A stretch of DNA of 36,268 bases from Octopus bimaculoides (taxonomy: Eukaryota). Below, piece by piece: positions 22,629 through 34,319 of the stretch; position 1 is the first letter of the stretch; each line of letters starts with the position of its first letter. The position numbers and the translations under genes were made by a program. The DNA lies in the NCBI RefSeq assembly GCF_001194135.2, contig NC_068985.1, forward strand, positions 75,260,886-75,297,153. The letters run 5' to 3'. Under the pieces are notes generated by a model. That model ran no database searches. It had not been told where the DNA came from and saw only the letters and a program-made list of their open reading frames with translations.

Positions 22629-23067
22629 NNNNNNNNNNNNNNNNNNNNNNNNNNNNNNNNNNNNNNNNNNNNNNNNNNNNNNNNNNNNNNNNNNNNNNNN
22701 NNNNNNNNNNNNNNNNNNNNNNNNNNNNNNNNNNNNNNNNNNNNNNNNNNNNNNNNNNNNNNNNNNNNNNNNNNNNNNNNNNNNNNNNNNNNNNNNNNNN
22801 NNNNNNNNNNNNNNNNNNNNNNNNNNNNNNNNNNNNNNNNNNNNNNNNNNNNNNNNNNNNNNNNNNNNNNNNNNNNNNNNNNNNNNNNNNNNNNNNNNNN
22901 NNNNNNNNNNNNNNNNNNNNNNNNNNNNNNNNNNNNNNNNNNNNNNNNNNNNNNNNNNNNNNNNNNNNNNNNNNNNNNNNNNNNNNNNNNNNNNNNNNNN
23001 NNNNNNNNNNNNNNNNNNNNNNNNNNNNNNNNNNNNNNNNNNNNNNNNNNNNNNNNNNNNNNNNNNN
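22629..23067. other. Assembly gap (N run) ending in a (GT)n tract
   Basis: N characters. Confidence 0.99.
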
Positions 23068-23124
<57 letters not shown>

Positions 23125-23170
23125 TGTGTGTGTGAGTGTGTGTGTGTGTGTACATGTGTGTATGTGTGTC
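23068..23170. repeat. (GT)n microsatellite
   Basis: Direct reading. Confidence 0.96.
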
Positions 23171-23194
23171 CGTGTGAGTTGGTATGTCCGTGTT

Positions 23195-23355
23195 TCCTAT
23201 TCACTACCAGTGTCGGTTTGTTGATCCCTCTAAATTAGCAGTTTGGCGAGAGCGACCGAAATAATAAGTAGCAGGTTTTAAAACAAATGCACTAGATTCG
23301 ATTTGTCAGACGACATCCTTAAAGGCTGTATCTCAGCATGACTCGAGCAAGTAAA
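23195..23355 (+). mobile_element. SINE remnant, same family as 36006-36215
   Basis: tagcagtttggcgagagcgaccgaaataataagtagcagg...aaaggctgtatctcagcatg aligns loosely with the reverse complement of 36006-36215. Confidence 0.6.
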
Positions 23356-23387
23356 GCACAAACGATATATATATATATGTGTGTATG

Positions 23388-23422
<35 letters not shown>

Positions 23423-23448
23423 ATACGACTGTTACTCTGTCGAAGGTT

Positions 23449-23488
<40 letters not shown>

Positions 23489-23941
23489 TAATAAATCTCA
23501 GGGTAGCAAAAAATTTAGAAATGCTATTTGCTACTAGTGGTATAGCGAGAAGAAAAAACTAGTCAATAGACTATATATTATTCATATAAATACAAACAGT
23601 GTAAATTTAAACACATAACAGAGATGTCCATAATAGGACATCTAACCCGCTACAAGGAGCAGTCAAACTCCAAACTACAATTAGCGATAATTTCGGAAGG
23701 GAATGAAAAATAAAAACTTTTACCATCTATTTCCTGAACCATGGTTTCAAGCTATTTTTAGCTTGGTTTTAAGAATAATATCGCTTTTACTATCCTGAAA
23801 ACCCAGGAGAAGTGATTCTAAATTTAAGAGCAGCAATGAAAATAATACAAATAAATAGATGTAGGAAATTTTCTTGCATTAAAATTTATGGCAATGTTTC
23901 TAGTACCCTAACTACTACTAATGATACTGCATTGCTGTTAT

Positions 23942-23942
<1 letters not shown>

Positions 23943-23972
<30 letters not shown>

Positions 23973-24029
23973 AAGAAGAAGAAGAAGAAGAAGAAGAAGA
24001 AGAAGAAGAAGAAGAAGAAGAAGAAGAAG

Positions 24030-24075
<46 letters not shown>
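23943..24075. repeat. Compound (AAG)n-(AAC)n microsatellite
   Basis: Direct reading. Confidence 0.97.
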
Positions 24076-24076
<1 letters not shown>

Positions 24077-26789
24077 AAGGAGGAAGAGGGACAATATTAG
24101 CAAATCATTTAGTTGCATTAAGTACAGAGGTGTAAAAGAATGATAGTAACATGCTCGTTCATTTTAATTTGAAAGAAAATCATATTCACATTAGTGATAG
24201 TGGGAGAATTATTAATCATAATACGAATAATAGCGTATTTATTGTTAACAGTAGCATAGACAATAAACGCAAACATGAATACGAATAATAGAACTATTGA
24301 TAATGATTGTGATGACAATAAATGCAACGGCAGAGAACACATTGTTTGGCCTTGAATGGTTATCACTTGTGAAATAATGTTGTTTATAAATGCAACTTAC
24401 ATAATGGACAAATTCAACTAAAATACAAACCAGGTTCTTCAATCCAGTTTAAGAGACGCTATTTACTTCTTCCAAATACCAAACGTCTATTTCAGCAAAT
24501 TAAATGCACTGTCCCAAGAACAATAGCATGTCTTACAAGGTTACTTAATCATTCAAACAGGAAGGTCTTGTCAAGTGTGTTGCATACTATGTGATCTCTG
24601 TAACAAAGAATCGATTGAAATGAGGTAAGAGTGACCATCTTTTGAACCGTCAGAGAGACGCCATCATCTTTGCAGTTATTGATGCTTAAAATATTTTTCT
24701 TTTACGATAGATCTATTGCTTTTATTCATATTACATAATTGTTTACGTTTAATTCAATGACATTTGTTTTCATTAACTTTGCTCTATCCCTATTCTCATA
24801 TCTTTGCATTTCTCCAAGCTTAGCTTAATTTAGTTATCTTTATATATAATGGATATTCACGATGCATAGACTTAAACTTTTAATTAAATAATTTACAATC
24901 GTATGAATATCATATTGTCCCATTATTTTCTCTCTGGCCTTCATTCTTTCTAGTGTCAAATTTTCTCCCTTAACTTATTTATCATAAATGATTGAATGCA
25001 TACAAAATACTCTTACAGCAAGATATTTGAATTGATGCTCGCGCCATGGAGAATTTTAGTTGGATTTTCCCTAGTGTCTTCTTTCTTTAATTATTTCTTT
25101 GCTATACGCCCTTACCATATCTCTTTGCTGTGTGACTTTTGATATGCCCAGCCCTTTTGTCGTCGTAACTCGATAGCCGTTTATTATGAATGTTTATCCT
25201 AATTCCCTCGCTGCTCTTACCTTGATTCAACCTTTTTCTTTTCTTTCTCGTTATTATATATCTATCTTATATATCTATCTTTCTCTTACTCCACCCCCTC
25301 ACTTTTAGTAATATGATCTCACTTATACTTCTTAGCCTTTATTATTGCTGTATTACTTATCAAATTTCTCATGTAGGAACCTTCTCGCAATCCTTTATGG
25401 ATGATCAACTTTATATATATATATATACAACTACTACATTTATTCTGTCGATGAAAGGATCAGTTGATGACACGAGCATATTTTAAATTCATTTATTACT
25501 TAATTACATATTCACATTAATTTATTGCATATTTTTGTGTGTATATTACTACATCAATTTATCACCGCATACAAGAAACTATTGTGAAGAGAAACGATGC
25601 TTACTCTTCATTTTTACCAATTGTATTTTCGCTTATGTAAACGCTGGATATCTTTAGGTTTGTGAAGGACTATTAACGATTACCTTCCTTCCTCCTTAAT
25701 TATGTTTATATTATTTGTGTTACTCGTATATTTATAAATGTTTCGGTCATAAATACTAATACATATATATATTATATATTTACTTGTATTTATATATGGA
25801 GGTATACAAGTGCACACAAACAACCACACACAGAAACACACACACTCATACATGTATTTTGGAAGCACTGATGACGGTTTATGGTATTAACGAAACAATC
25901 TCCTCAGGTCATTCATTGAAAATACTGGCGGTGTTATAAAATAGTCTCACTACCAAAATGTTCAAATAGTTAAATTCTTTGTGAATTTTACACTTTTCGC
26001 ATTATCAAATTCTTTCAAAGTTTTGTAGTTTTGGTTATCTCAAATTCTTTTAAAATATGCTGGCTTTTTTGTTTCCATATTTAGTTTATTCATAAGAACG
26101 AACATTAAATCAAAGAAGTCAATTACAATATTAATGGTGTGAAAAATGGTAAGACATAGTAACAGAGATGTAAAAGAAACATAAAATATTTTGAAAACAG
26201 ATTGACGTCAAAGTCTTCAGATTAAAAAGCATGTAAGAGAAAAACAGTATTGTAAAACTTAATAGAATGTTTCAAGTAGAAAGAAAAGAGAAGTTACTGC
26301 TACAAAGGAATGTGAGCGTACTTATAAATTCTATGAGATATAATATATAAACTACTTTGATTTCATGTGGCACCGTAGGCAACCGTCTTCTACAATAGCC
26401 TCCGGCCAACCAATGTAAGTTGGTTTGTTAGAAGGAAAGTGTACATAACCCTTGACATATGTCGCTACGTATGCGAATATGTGTGTATATATGCATATCT
26501 TTGTCTTTCTGTGTGTATACATTCAACGCTTCTACGAAAATTCATGAACTAGGGAAAGTCGTAAATCAACTCAGCACTCACCTAAATTGTTGTTCTTGTT
26601 GTTTATTCTCAGATCACCTTTCATCAAACAGATTTACTGGCTAATGCAATCGAAACATGACGTTCCTATATTTTTAGGGCTATATAAGACTTCGTTATTT
26701 AAAATGTTCTCTCCTTATTTAAGGCAATAAGATATTTTACCCAGTATTGCTGCAGGTAAAGCGACTACACATATTTTTTTTATCCTTAC

Positions 26790-26846
26790 TTCCATTAAAT
26801 GCCAGTTGAGACACATACAGAGGAGACACATACACATCTACGGTAT
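26790..26846 (-). CDS. Candidate 57-nt phase-1/phase-1 host exon (DTVDVYVSPLYVSQLAFNG), unknown gene
   Basis: Acceptor gtttctctcacAG, donor GTAAGG, open frame and length divisible by 3. No homology recognised. Confidence 0.3.
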
Positions 26847-27782
26847 CTGTGAGAGAAACGTTTATTAAGTAGTACTCTGTAAAATTTGTGCTGTCTATCA
26901 TGAAAGAATGAGATAAAATTAGTTTATGGCTGTGAAGGAAAATGTTTCCCTTCATTATAAGATAGGGCTTGAATAGTTAGCGATAAACCAAATAATTGGC
27001 AAGGAAGATTTCTATGTACTTTCTTTATACCAGTGCATATATTTTATATATATCACGAAATTGTTGTAATTGCTGCAGCTTTCGTTGTTATCGCTAATGT
27101 TTTAACTTCCAATCCTTGTTTTGCTCCTATCAAATGTTGTGTTGCTCCCATCAAAGCAAACTAATGAGCAAAAGGCATTTCACCATGACTATCGCGTATT
27201 CTTTTATTTGTGAAACACATTTAATCATGAATTACATTATTCAATGAACGCTTTTTAAAGACAGTTGAATATGATACAAGGGAAATCTCTTTGCTATTTC
27301 TTGTAGTCGAGCAACCAAGTAAGAGTTCACTTCTGGGTGCAATACGTATTAAGTAGCAAGAAGAAAAACAAGGATTGACTGACAGAGGAGAAACAGGAGG
27401 AAGAGGGAGAGGACGAAATGCAGGACAAGGAGGAGGAGGAGGAGGAGGAGGGTCATGGTCATTCATTTTATTTCAGTAATATTACGCCCCACCACAGAAC
27501 CAGCTTTTGAGATTTTCGGATAAGTCACGCAAGCGAACTTCAGCTACCAAATTAGACTACCAAAATTTCTATAGATACATAATACGAGGTTTTTTATTGC
27601 TAATAAAAATTACTTCTACAAACACTAGGTCAGTTTTAAACATAATGAAATATAATCAAATGTTACCCCTGTTCAGACACGCTTTGTGCTCGACTCTAAA
27701 CTATGAAACTTATGAATACAGCAATGAAACAGTAAGATTCTAAGAAACGAGTGCTGACAAATAGTAAGTAAAATATGTTTAC

Positions 27783-27795
27783 AAAGCAGAATAGA
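27783..27795. repeat. Left 13-bp target-site duplication AAAGCAGAATAGA
   Basis: Identical to 30347-30359; both abut the PLE termini. Confidence 0.85.
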
Positions 27796-27856
27796 GTTCT
27801 ATATTTAAGAGATGAGGAATTATGTACATTATTTGTCTTCACCTTGTTTGTTGTTT

Positions 27857-27900
27857 ACACAACGTTTCGACTAATATACCCTCAAGCCTTCATCAGGTGT
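27857..27900 (-). ncRNA. Minimal type I hammerhead ribozyme (dimer-type) in pLTR
   Basis: ACAC-CUGAUGA-A-GGCU-(12-nt loop)-AGUC-GAAACGUU-GUGU: intact core, 4-bp stem I, 4-bp stem II with one G-U pair, and a loopless palindromic AACGUU stem III. Confidence 0.85.
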
Positions 27901-28010
27901 CTTGGGGAAATTTCGAACCTGGATTCTCATTCCTAAGGTATTTTTAGATGTTATTATTATTATTGTTATTCAGGTTATTATTTTAGATGTTATTATTATT
28001 ATTGTTATTC

Positions 28011-28060
28011 GGAATCTTGGGGTTTGTAGCCTGCGCTCTTAACCACTACGCCATATGCCC
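28011..28060 (-). promoter_or_regulatory. tRNA-like head with Pol III A-box at the start of the pLTR
   Basis: GGGCATA-TGGCGTAGTGG-TTAAGAGCG; the A box at 28043-28053 matches TRGCNNAGYGG. No canonical B box follows directly. A partial GGTTCGAAA lies at 27911-27919. Confidence 0.6.
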
Positions 28061-28088
28061 GTGGGCAATTATAGAGTGAATTTAGGGC

Positions 28089-30410
28089 TTATAAATCTAA
28101 TATTTTCCTATCCTGCCTTAATACCGGTTCCCATATGCTATTCATATCTGCACTTGGTCTGCTTAGGTGATTGTTGTGTCCTAGCATATGTGCTGTTTCT
28201 TTTAGCTCTCGTAATTTCCAGTTGTGTTCTATGTCTATAATTTTAACTTCATCCCACAGTGGGAGGGGGTCTCCATTTTTCCATACATGATCAGCTATAC
28301 CCGATTTATCAATATCTCTTCGTGTCACAGATTTGCGATGTTCCTCTACCCTTATTTTGAGGGGGCGGTATCTTTCGCCTTTGTATAACGTACTACAGCT
28401 GCATCGGATATAGTACACGCAGTTTTTGGTCATATTGTCTTCTATTGGTAGTTTTACTCAAAGGAGATATTTGCGAAGTGTTGCATTACTCTTGAATACT
28501 GTCCTGATGTCATATGTGCCGTATATCTTTTGCATCTTTTCGGAGAGGCCTTTCACATAGGGTAGACAGACTGTAGACAGTTTATTTGTTGCATCCCCTC
28601 TTTTCGTCATAATTGGAGTAGATAGTATGTTTTTCGGGTTGTTGTTGCGTAATAGATTGTTAGTGAGCTTGATCATTTCTTCGTGGTGGGTATCACGATC
28701 GCTACTTATATTCTTTTCTCGATGTTTAAGGCACTGAGCGATCCCTCTCTTTACACTGTATGGATGATGAGAATTGAAGTTAAGTTATCGTCCAGTGAAA
28801 GTCGGCCTGCGGTATACGGATGTCCTGAATCCATATTTGATGCATGTTGTTAATACGTCCAGGAATGCTAGATGATTGTCTTTTCACTTTTCTATTGTGA
28901 ATTGTATGGATGGCTTTTTTGAGTTCACATGATCTAGCAGCACTTGGACATCTTGCTGGTGGGGCCAGAGAATAAATGTGTCATCAGCAAATCGCACCCT
29001 CTTCTTGTCGATATATACCAGTGCCCATACTGAAATAAGTAGTTTCTACACAGAAGGTCAACATTTCCATCAAGTTTCTTATTGGTATACTAGTGTGTTC
29101 TTTTAGATGGGTGTATGTCACTAGATTTTCTTGAATCACCGATAGTTAAGACTTTGGTGAACAGACTTATCACATCTAGACTCACCATTTGGTTAGATTC
29201 AATGGAGGTATCCTTGATTAATTCTCTGAAGTGGGTGGAATTTTTCACGTATGATGTTGACTTTCCTGCTAATGGTCTGATTATATCCACAAGGAAACGG
29301 CTCAGTGGATGACATGCTGAACCTCTACAGTTCACTATAGGTCTTAATGGAATACCATCCTTGTGAATCTTAGGGAGACTGTACACGTGTAGTAGCTTAC
29401 TGTAGTGTTGAGTCAGTTGTCTGTACTTTATTGGTGTAAAGTGATCCTTGTTCTTGATCAGGATCAGTGACAACTTCCCCTCTGGTTTCAGTGTTGGGTC
29501 TTTCTTTACTTTGCTGTAGCTACCATCACTTATAAGATTTGTCAATTTTTCCGAGTAGTCAGGCTTCTTCATCACCACTGTAGCATTTCCCTTCTCCGCT
29601 GGAAGTATTATGATGGAATTGTCACTCTGTATTCTTTTGATAGCGAACGTTTCTTACTTAGTGATGCTTGGTTTGGGAAGTTCCGCTTTTTCCAGTACCT
29701 GTCTCACTTTCCACCTTAGTTCATCTCCCAGAGCTTTTGGTATCTTTACAGCTATCTCTTCAATAGGGGCTATTATGTCCAAGTATGGAATGCGCTTGAT
29801 AGTTGTCGCAAAGTTGAGACCTTTGTTTAGTAATGCTTCTTCAGAGCCTTCTAGATGTTGGCTACTTACATTAATTACTGCTTTCGCAGATGGTTGAGGG
29901 ACTTCAGTTTTCACTCCCTGACCTTTGAGTTTCATAAACTTCTTAATCTGGCGTGTCTTCACCATTTCAAATTCGTTCACGTACGATTCTCTTTCTATCA
30001 TCATCTCTGGTTATTTTCCTAAGTAATAAAGATAACGTCTCTTTGATTTCATTATTTAGTTGATGTTTTTTCCAACGGTTGTAATGGATCCTCTCACGGA
30101 CGAGGGCATGTCCTGCCCTTTCCACTACATCTTTAACTTTATATGAATCCACTGGTGTCATATTCAAGCCAGTTGGTATTAGCTTTCAGTCTCTTCATCT
30201 ACACAGTAAAGTTAGATTGTGTGAAAGACGAGTTAGTTTTTGATGCAGTTTCTGTATAAGTCTCCATTGAAGTCTAATGTCGGCTCCATACCGATTAGAT
30301 AATACAGTTCTATATTTAAGACATGAGGAATTATGTACATAATGTAAAAGCAGAATAGATTTTTTGTCGTGAGCAAAAGGGCTAACGTTACTGTTACAAT
30401 TTTTAACCAC
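28089..30410 (-). pseudogene. PLE RT-GIY-YIG polyprotein, frameshifted, missing RT motif 4
   Basis: ORF pieces 30195-30410, 29967-30167, 29654-30004, 29090-29578, 28458-28676 and 28089-28433 are collinear with a PLE polyprotein. Confidence 0.9.
30347..30359. repeat. Right 13-bp target-site duplication AAAGCAGAATAGA
   Basis: Identical to 27783-27795. Confidence 0.85.
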
Positions 30411-31413
30411 AGTGAGAGATAGGAGAAGAAAGAAGAGAGAGAGAGAGAGAGTGAGACAGAGATACAGAGAGACAGATTCACAGAGAGAGAGAGATGGATT
30501 AAATATTTACTCATTGCACTGAATATTTCCAATCTATATATTCAGCATCCTTTCTAATAACGTGCTCTACTAGAACTGTTAACATGTTTCTTCTTAAGAG
30601 TAAAATATTTCCAATTTGTAAAGTTTATGAAAACAACACACTGATGCACCGACGTTATAATATATGGAGTATGTAATAGGGCTTTCCATAATTTGCCTGG
30701 GTATTAGTCACCTTGGAAATAAACTAGACACTTTGGTAGGAGATATATAGATGGACATAAGAGGATATGAGAGAGTATATCTTACATAGTTTATTACAGG
30801 TCCAGATTATAAAGCTTAGAATATATAAAATGTGGATGCTAGATTCAATTTTAGCATGATATCGTTTCATCTATGTGCTACTTCAAAATCGTTTGGAGCG
30901 ATGTATGTTCTCCGAATTAATTTTTTATGCGTAAAATGAATATTCAAACATTTAATTTGTTTACTGAATAAGAAGATTTAGCTTCAAATCTCAGTTTGAT
31001 AAACTAAGGAAACCTTCACATTAATACATCGAACTACTGCAAGCACTCTATAAATGTAATTAACATGCATCACAGCATTAATTCCTGTAATTTACATAAA
31101 TTAATCCCAGAATTATCAGCTAGCAAAATATCATACTTTAAGCAAACTTTGTTGATTGAGGGAGAATATTTAACTTCCACAAATGATGCCAAAATTGATA
31201 TAGTGACGATCACCTAGAGACATGTAAATCTTCTTTGACTGAGCGATAAATGCTGCTGGGCTACTATTATGGTGTGTATCTTATTCTAGCATATCAACGG
31301 TTTGTCTAGACCCAATGTACGAAATTCTCAGAAATTGATAATTTTAGATTTTGGATAATTTTGGATTAAAAATGGGATTCACTAACCATTATAACCACAT
31401 GGTGGCCATTATA

Positions 31414-32665
31414 TTAAGTTGTTAAGAAAGTTCTTCCGGAATTGTTAATTTTGGTTCTAAATGATGTATTGTCAAATTAACTTTCGTTAAATTACTTTCA
31501 CTTTATATATCATTTTAAAGCCCGTTTTCCCCCTATATAATCGTGTTACTCTTTTCCTTTTAGAATATTTTTTTCCGGAACGTTGAATGCAACATGGACA
31601 AAAAGCAAATTCGCTCAATTTTCTTATTCCAGTTCAAGGTAGGCCGAAAAGCTGCTGAAACATCTCGAGATATGAACGATGCGTTTGGCCCAGGAACCAT
31701 TAATGGTAGTTCAAGAAATTTCGTAGCGGTGACGAGAGTCTTGAAGATGATAAGCGTAGTGGTTGGCCATTGGCTGTTGACAAACGATCAACTCAGAGCC
31801 TTAGTGGAAGACAATCCACGCACAACTGTTCGAGAGCTTGCTTCTGAATTAGACCTAACGTTTACGACAATTTCCAACCACTTGAAAGAGAATGGAAAAA
31901 CAAAAATACTTGAGAAATGGGTGCCGCACGAACTCAACAACAACCAAAAAGAAAAAACCGTTTTGAAGTGTCGTCTTCTCTTTTTGTACGCAACAAGACC
32001 GACCCGTTTCTTGACCAAATTGTGACTTGCGATGACAAATGGATTCTTTACACTAACCGGCGACGCTCAGCTCAGTAGTTGGACGAAGCTCCACGGCACT
32101 TCCTGAAGCCAAAGTTGCACCAAAAGAAAATAATGGTGACTGTTTGGTGGTCTGCGGCCGGTCCCATCCATCACAGCTTTTTGGATCCAAGCGAAACCAT
32201 TACGGCGGAGAAGCAAATGGATGAAATGCATAAGAAACTCCAACAACAACAGCCAGCATTGGTCAATAGAAAAGGACCAATTCTTCTCCACGACAACGCT
32301 CGGCTGCACATCGCGCATCTGACTCTGCAGAAGTTGAACGAATTTTGTTACTAAACTCTGCCTCATCCGCCATACTCATCAGACATCTCGCCTACCGACT
32401 ACCATTTTTTCAAGCATCTCGACAACAACTGCCTGCGTGAGGAATGGTTCAAAAACCAAGACGATGCCAAACACGCCTTCAACGTCTTCATCACCACCAG
32501 AACGCATGATTTTTATGTTACTGGCTAAAATAAACTTGTTTCGCGTTGGCAAAAGTGTGTTGATTTTGATAGTGCTTATTTAGATTAATAAAGTTTTGTT
32601 TGAGCCGAGATATGTGCATCAGAATTTAAAGGTTAAAAACCGCAAGGACTTTCTTGACAACCTAA
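31414..32665 (+). mobile_element. Mariner (DD34D) DNA transposon, near full length, Hsmar1/cecropia-like
   Basis: TIRs 31414-31439 and 32640-32665 (22/26 complementary), flanked by TA at 31412-31413 and 32666-32667. Confidence 0.95.
31594..32588 (+). pseudogene. Mariner transposase, multiple frameshifts and stops
   Basis: MDKKQIRSIFLFQFK, KWVPHEL, TCDDKW, KPKLHQKKIMVTVWW, LLHDNAR and YSSDISPTDYHFF. Confidence 0.95.
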
Positions 32666-33315
32666 TATCAGGAGGTATTTTTAAAAAATATTCGTAACCC
32701 CAAATTTCATGCTTTTCTATACAGTTAATTCCACATCCTGTACTTGTTTATATTAATGTCCTAAACTGTCCATCGAAATTGCCTTAAGTAAGTTTGGGTT
32801 GTATGGACGTACAATCTACATCACCATAATATTTAGCCTTAATGTTAAACTGCAGAAAATAAATTATCAAGTTTATACAAAAGAAATATCATATCAGTGT
32901 GCATTTACTTTAGCCGCTGTACTTGATTTTGCCAACTTCTAGGCTTCAAACTAGAGTTTCAGGAAAATATTAGCAGCACAAAAATATGCAAATATTTTAT
33001 CTCCAATCGAAAGAGATTTGTGTTCATCTGTTTTATGTTCAAACAAAATAACAAGTTGTTGCACACTGCATAGAAAAAAAGAAAGAAAGAAAATTTGGTT
33101 TAACTTCTGGTTAACATGACTAAACAGATCGTAAAGTCATCAACAGGAAGAAGCATGTTATAATTGGAACATGTATTCTAAGCTACATAACTTGTCAGTA
33201 ATAGTTGGTTTGGCTGCTAATTAAGTTTTACATGTTCATAACAATACAAATGCGCATAGAAATTGAGAAGTAGTTTGAGACACGAGAATGATTCAATTCT
33301 GCGTAAAGTCAATGC

Positions 33316-33317
<2 letters not shown>

Positions 33318-33375
<58 letters not shown>

Positions 33376-33395
33376 TTTATATATATATATATATG
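33318..33395. repeat. (CA)n-(AT)n microsatellite
   Basis: Direct reading. Confidence 0.95.
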
Positions 33396-33509
33396 AACAA
33401 TTGCAGCGTGGAAGGCGTTTATAATCCATTTAAGAACTCACAAAATTGATTTTGTTCCAGCACACGATCTCAGATCAGGTCACTTGCTATGCAAGTACAT
33501 CTCCGTAAC

Positions 33510-33586
<77 letters not shown>

Positions 33587-33602
33587 TGTCTGTCTATCTG
33601 TC
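33510..33602. repeat. (AT)n-(GT)n microsatellite
   Basis: Direct reading. Confidence 0.95.
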
Positions 33603-34135
33603 TGTATACTCATAGTGAGACGATTCAATTTTTCAGAAAATATTGCCATCCATAAATTCTGTCGATACACTGACGTATGGGAGTTGTCTATATGTGCCTA
33701 TATGTGATATGTTGTCTATATGTGATAAGCTCGTGTGAGAGTATGTATAAATATGTTTATGCGTACGTATGTAAACTTTGGCATGTGGCAAGTATAATTT
33801 TATATATGTATATATAAATGGAAGGATTGGTGGATGGGTAAATTGATGTGTTCGCATACAGAATTCTTTGTGTATGTAGGTTGTGTATACAAAAAACAAA
33901 AAAAATAAAGCAATCAGTAAAAGAGAAAATTGGAATAGGCGTTGAAATAGTTTTTTTTTTATCGTAAATGCTAAGAAATCTTGTTGTTATCCCATTGACA
34001 CATCTTCAAAACTTGAATAAAGAACTAAATGACAGAGAGAAGATTATCATGTCAAATCAAAATTTCAAAAGTCTTAATTGTGTCCAAGTGAAAAAATTAA
34101 TATAATTCATTGTTTACACAATCATATTAACACTT

Positions 34136-34170
<35 letters not shown>

Positions 34171-34319
34171 NNNNNNNNNNNNNNNNNNNNNNNNNNNNNN
34201 NNNNNNNNNNNNNNNNNNNNNNNNNNNNNNNNNNNNNNNNNNNNNNNNNNNNNNNNNNNNNNNNNNNNNNNNNNNNNNNNNNNNNNNNNNNNNNNNNNNN
34301 NNNNNNNNNNNNNNNNNNN
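34171..34319. other. Assembly gap between (CA)n and (AT)n tracts
   Basis: N characters. Confidence 0.99.

Larger units (their letters stand above)
27796..30346 (-). mobile_element. Penelope-like element (Penelope/Poseidon type, copy H): partial 5' pLTR, RT-GIY-YIG ORF, full 3' pLTR
   Basis: N-terminal LLNKGLNFA; YSLPKIHKDGIPLRPIV; SLDVISLFTKV; RFADD; GIY-YIG domain VYYIRCSCSTLYKGE...RVEEH...SGIADH...RELKE. The 34-nt terminal repeat 27796-27829 matches 30307-30340 at 33/34, and there is a 13-bp TSD. Confidence 0.95.

Noticed and set aside
24561-24624. Possible plus-strand Cys-rich exon (RSCQVCCILCDLCN) with GTAAGA donor, reminiscent of a Ly6 CCxxxxCN motif
   Set aside because: The acceptor lacks a pyrimidine tract, the Cys spacing is off, and no partner exons were found.
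28011-28060. Functional tRNA gene
   Set aside because: Only the 5' half is tRNA-like, with no T arm or 3' acceptor strand; treated as a pLTR head.
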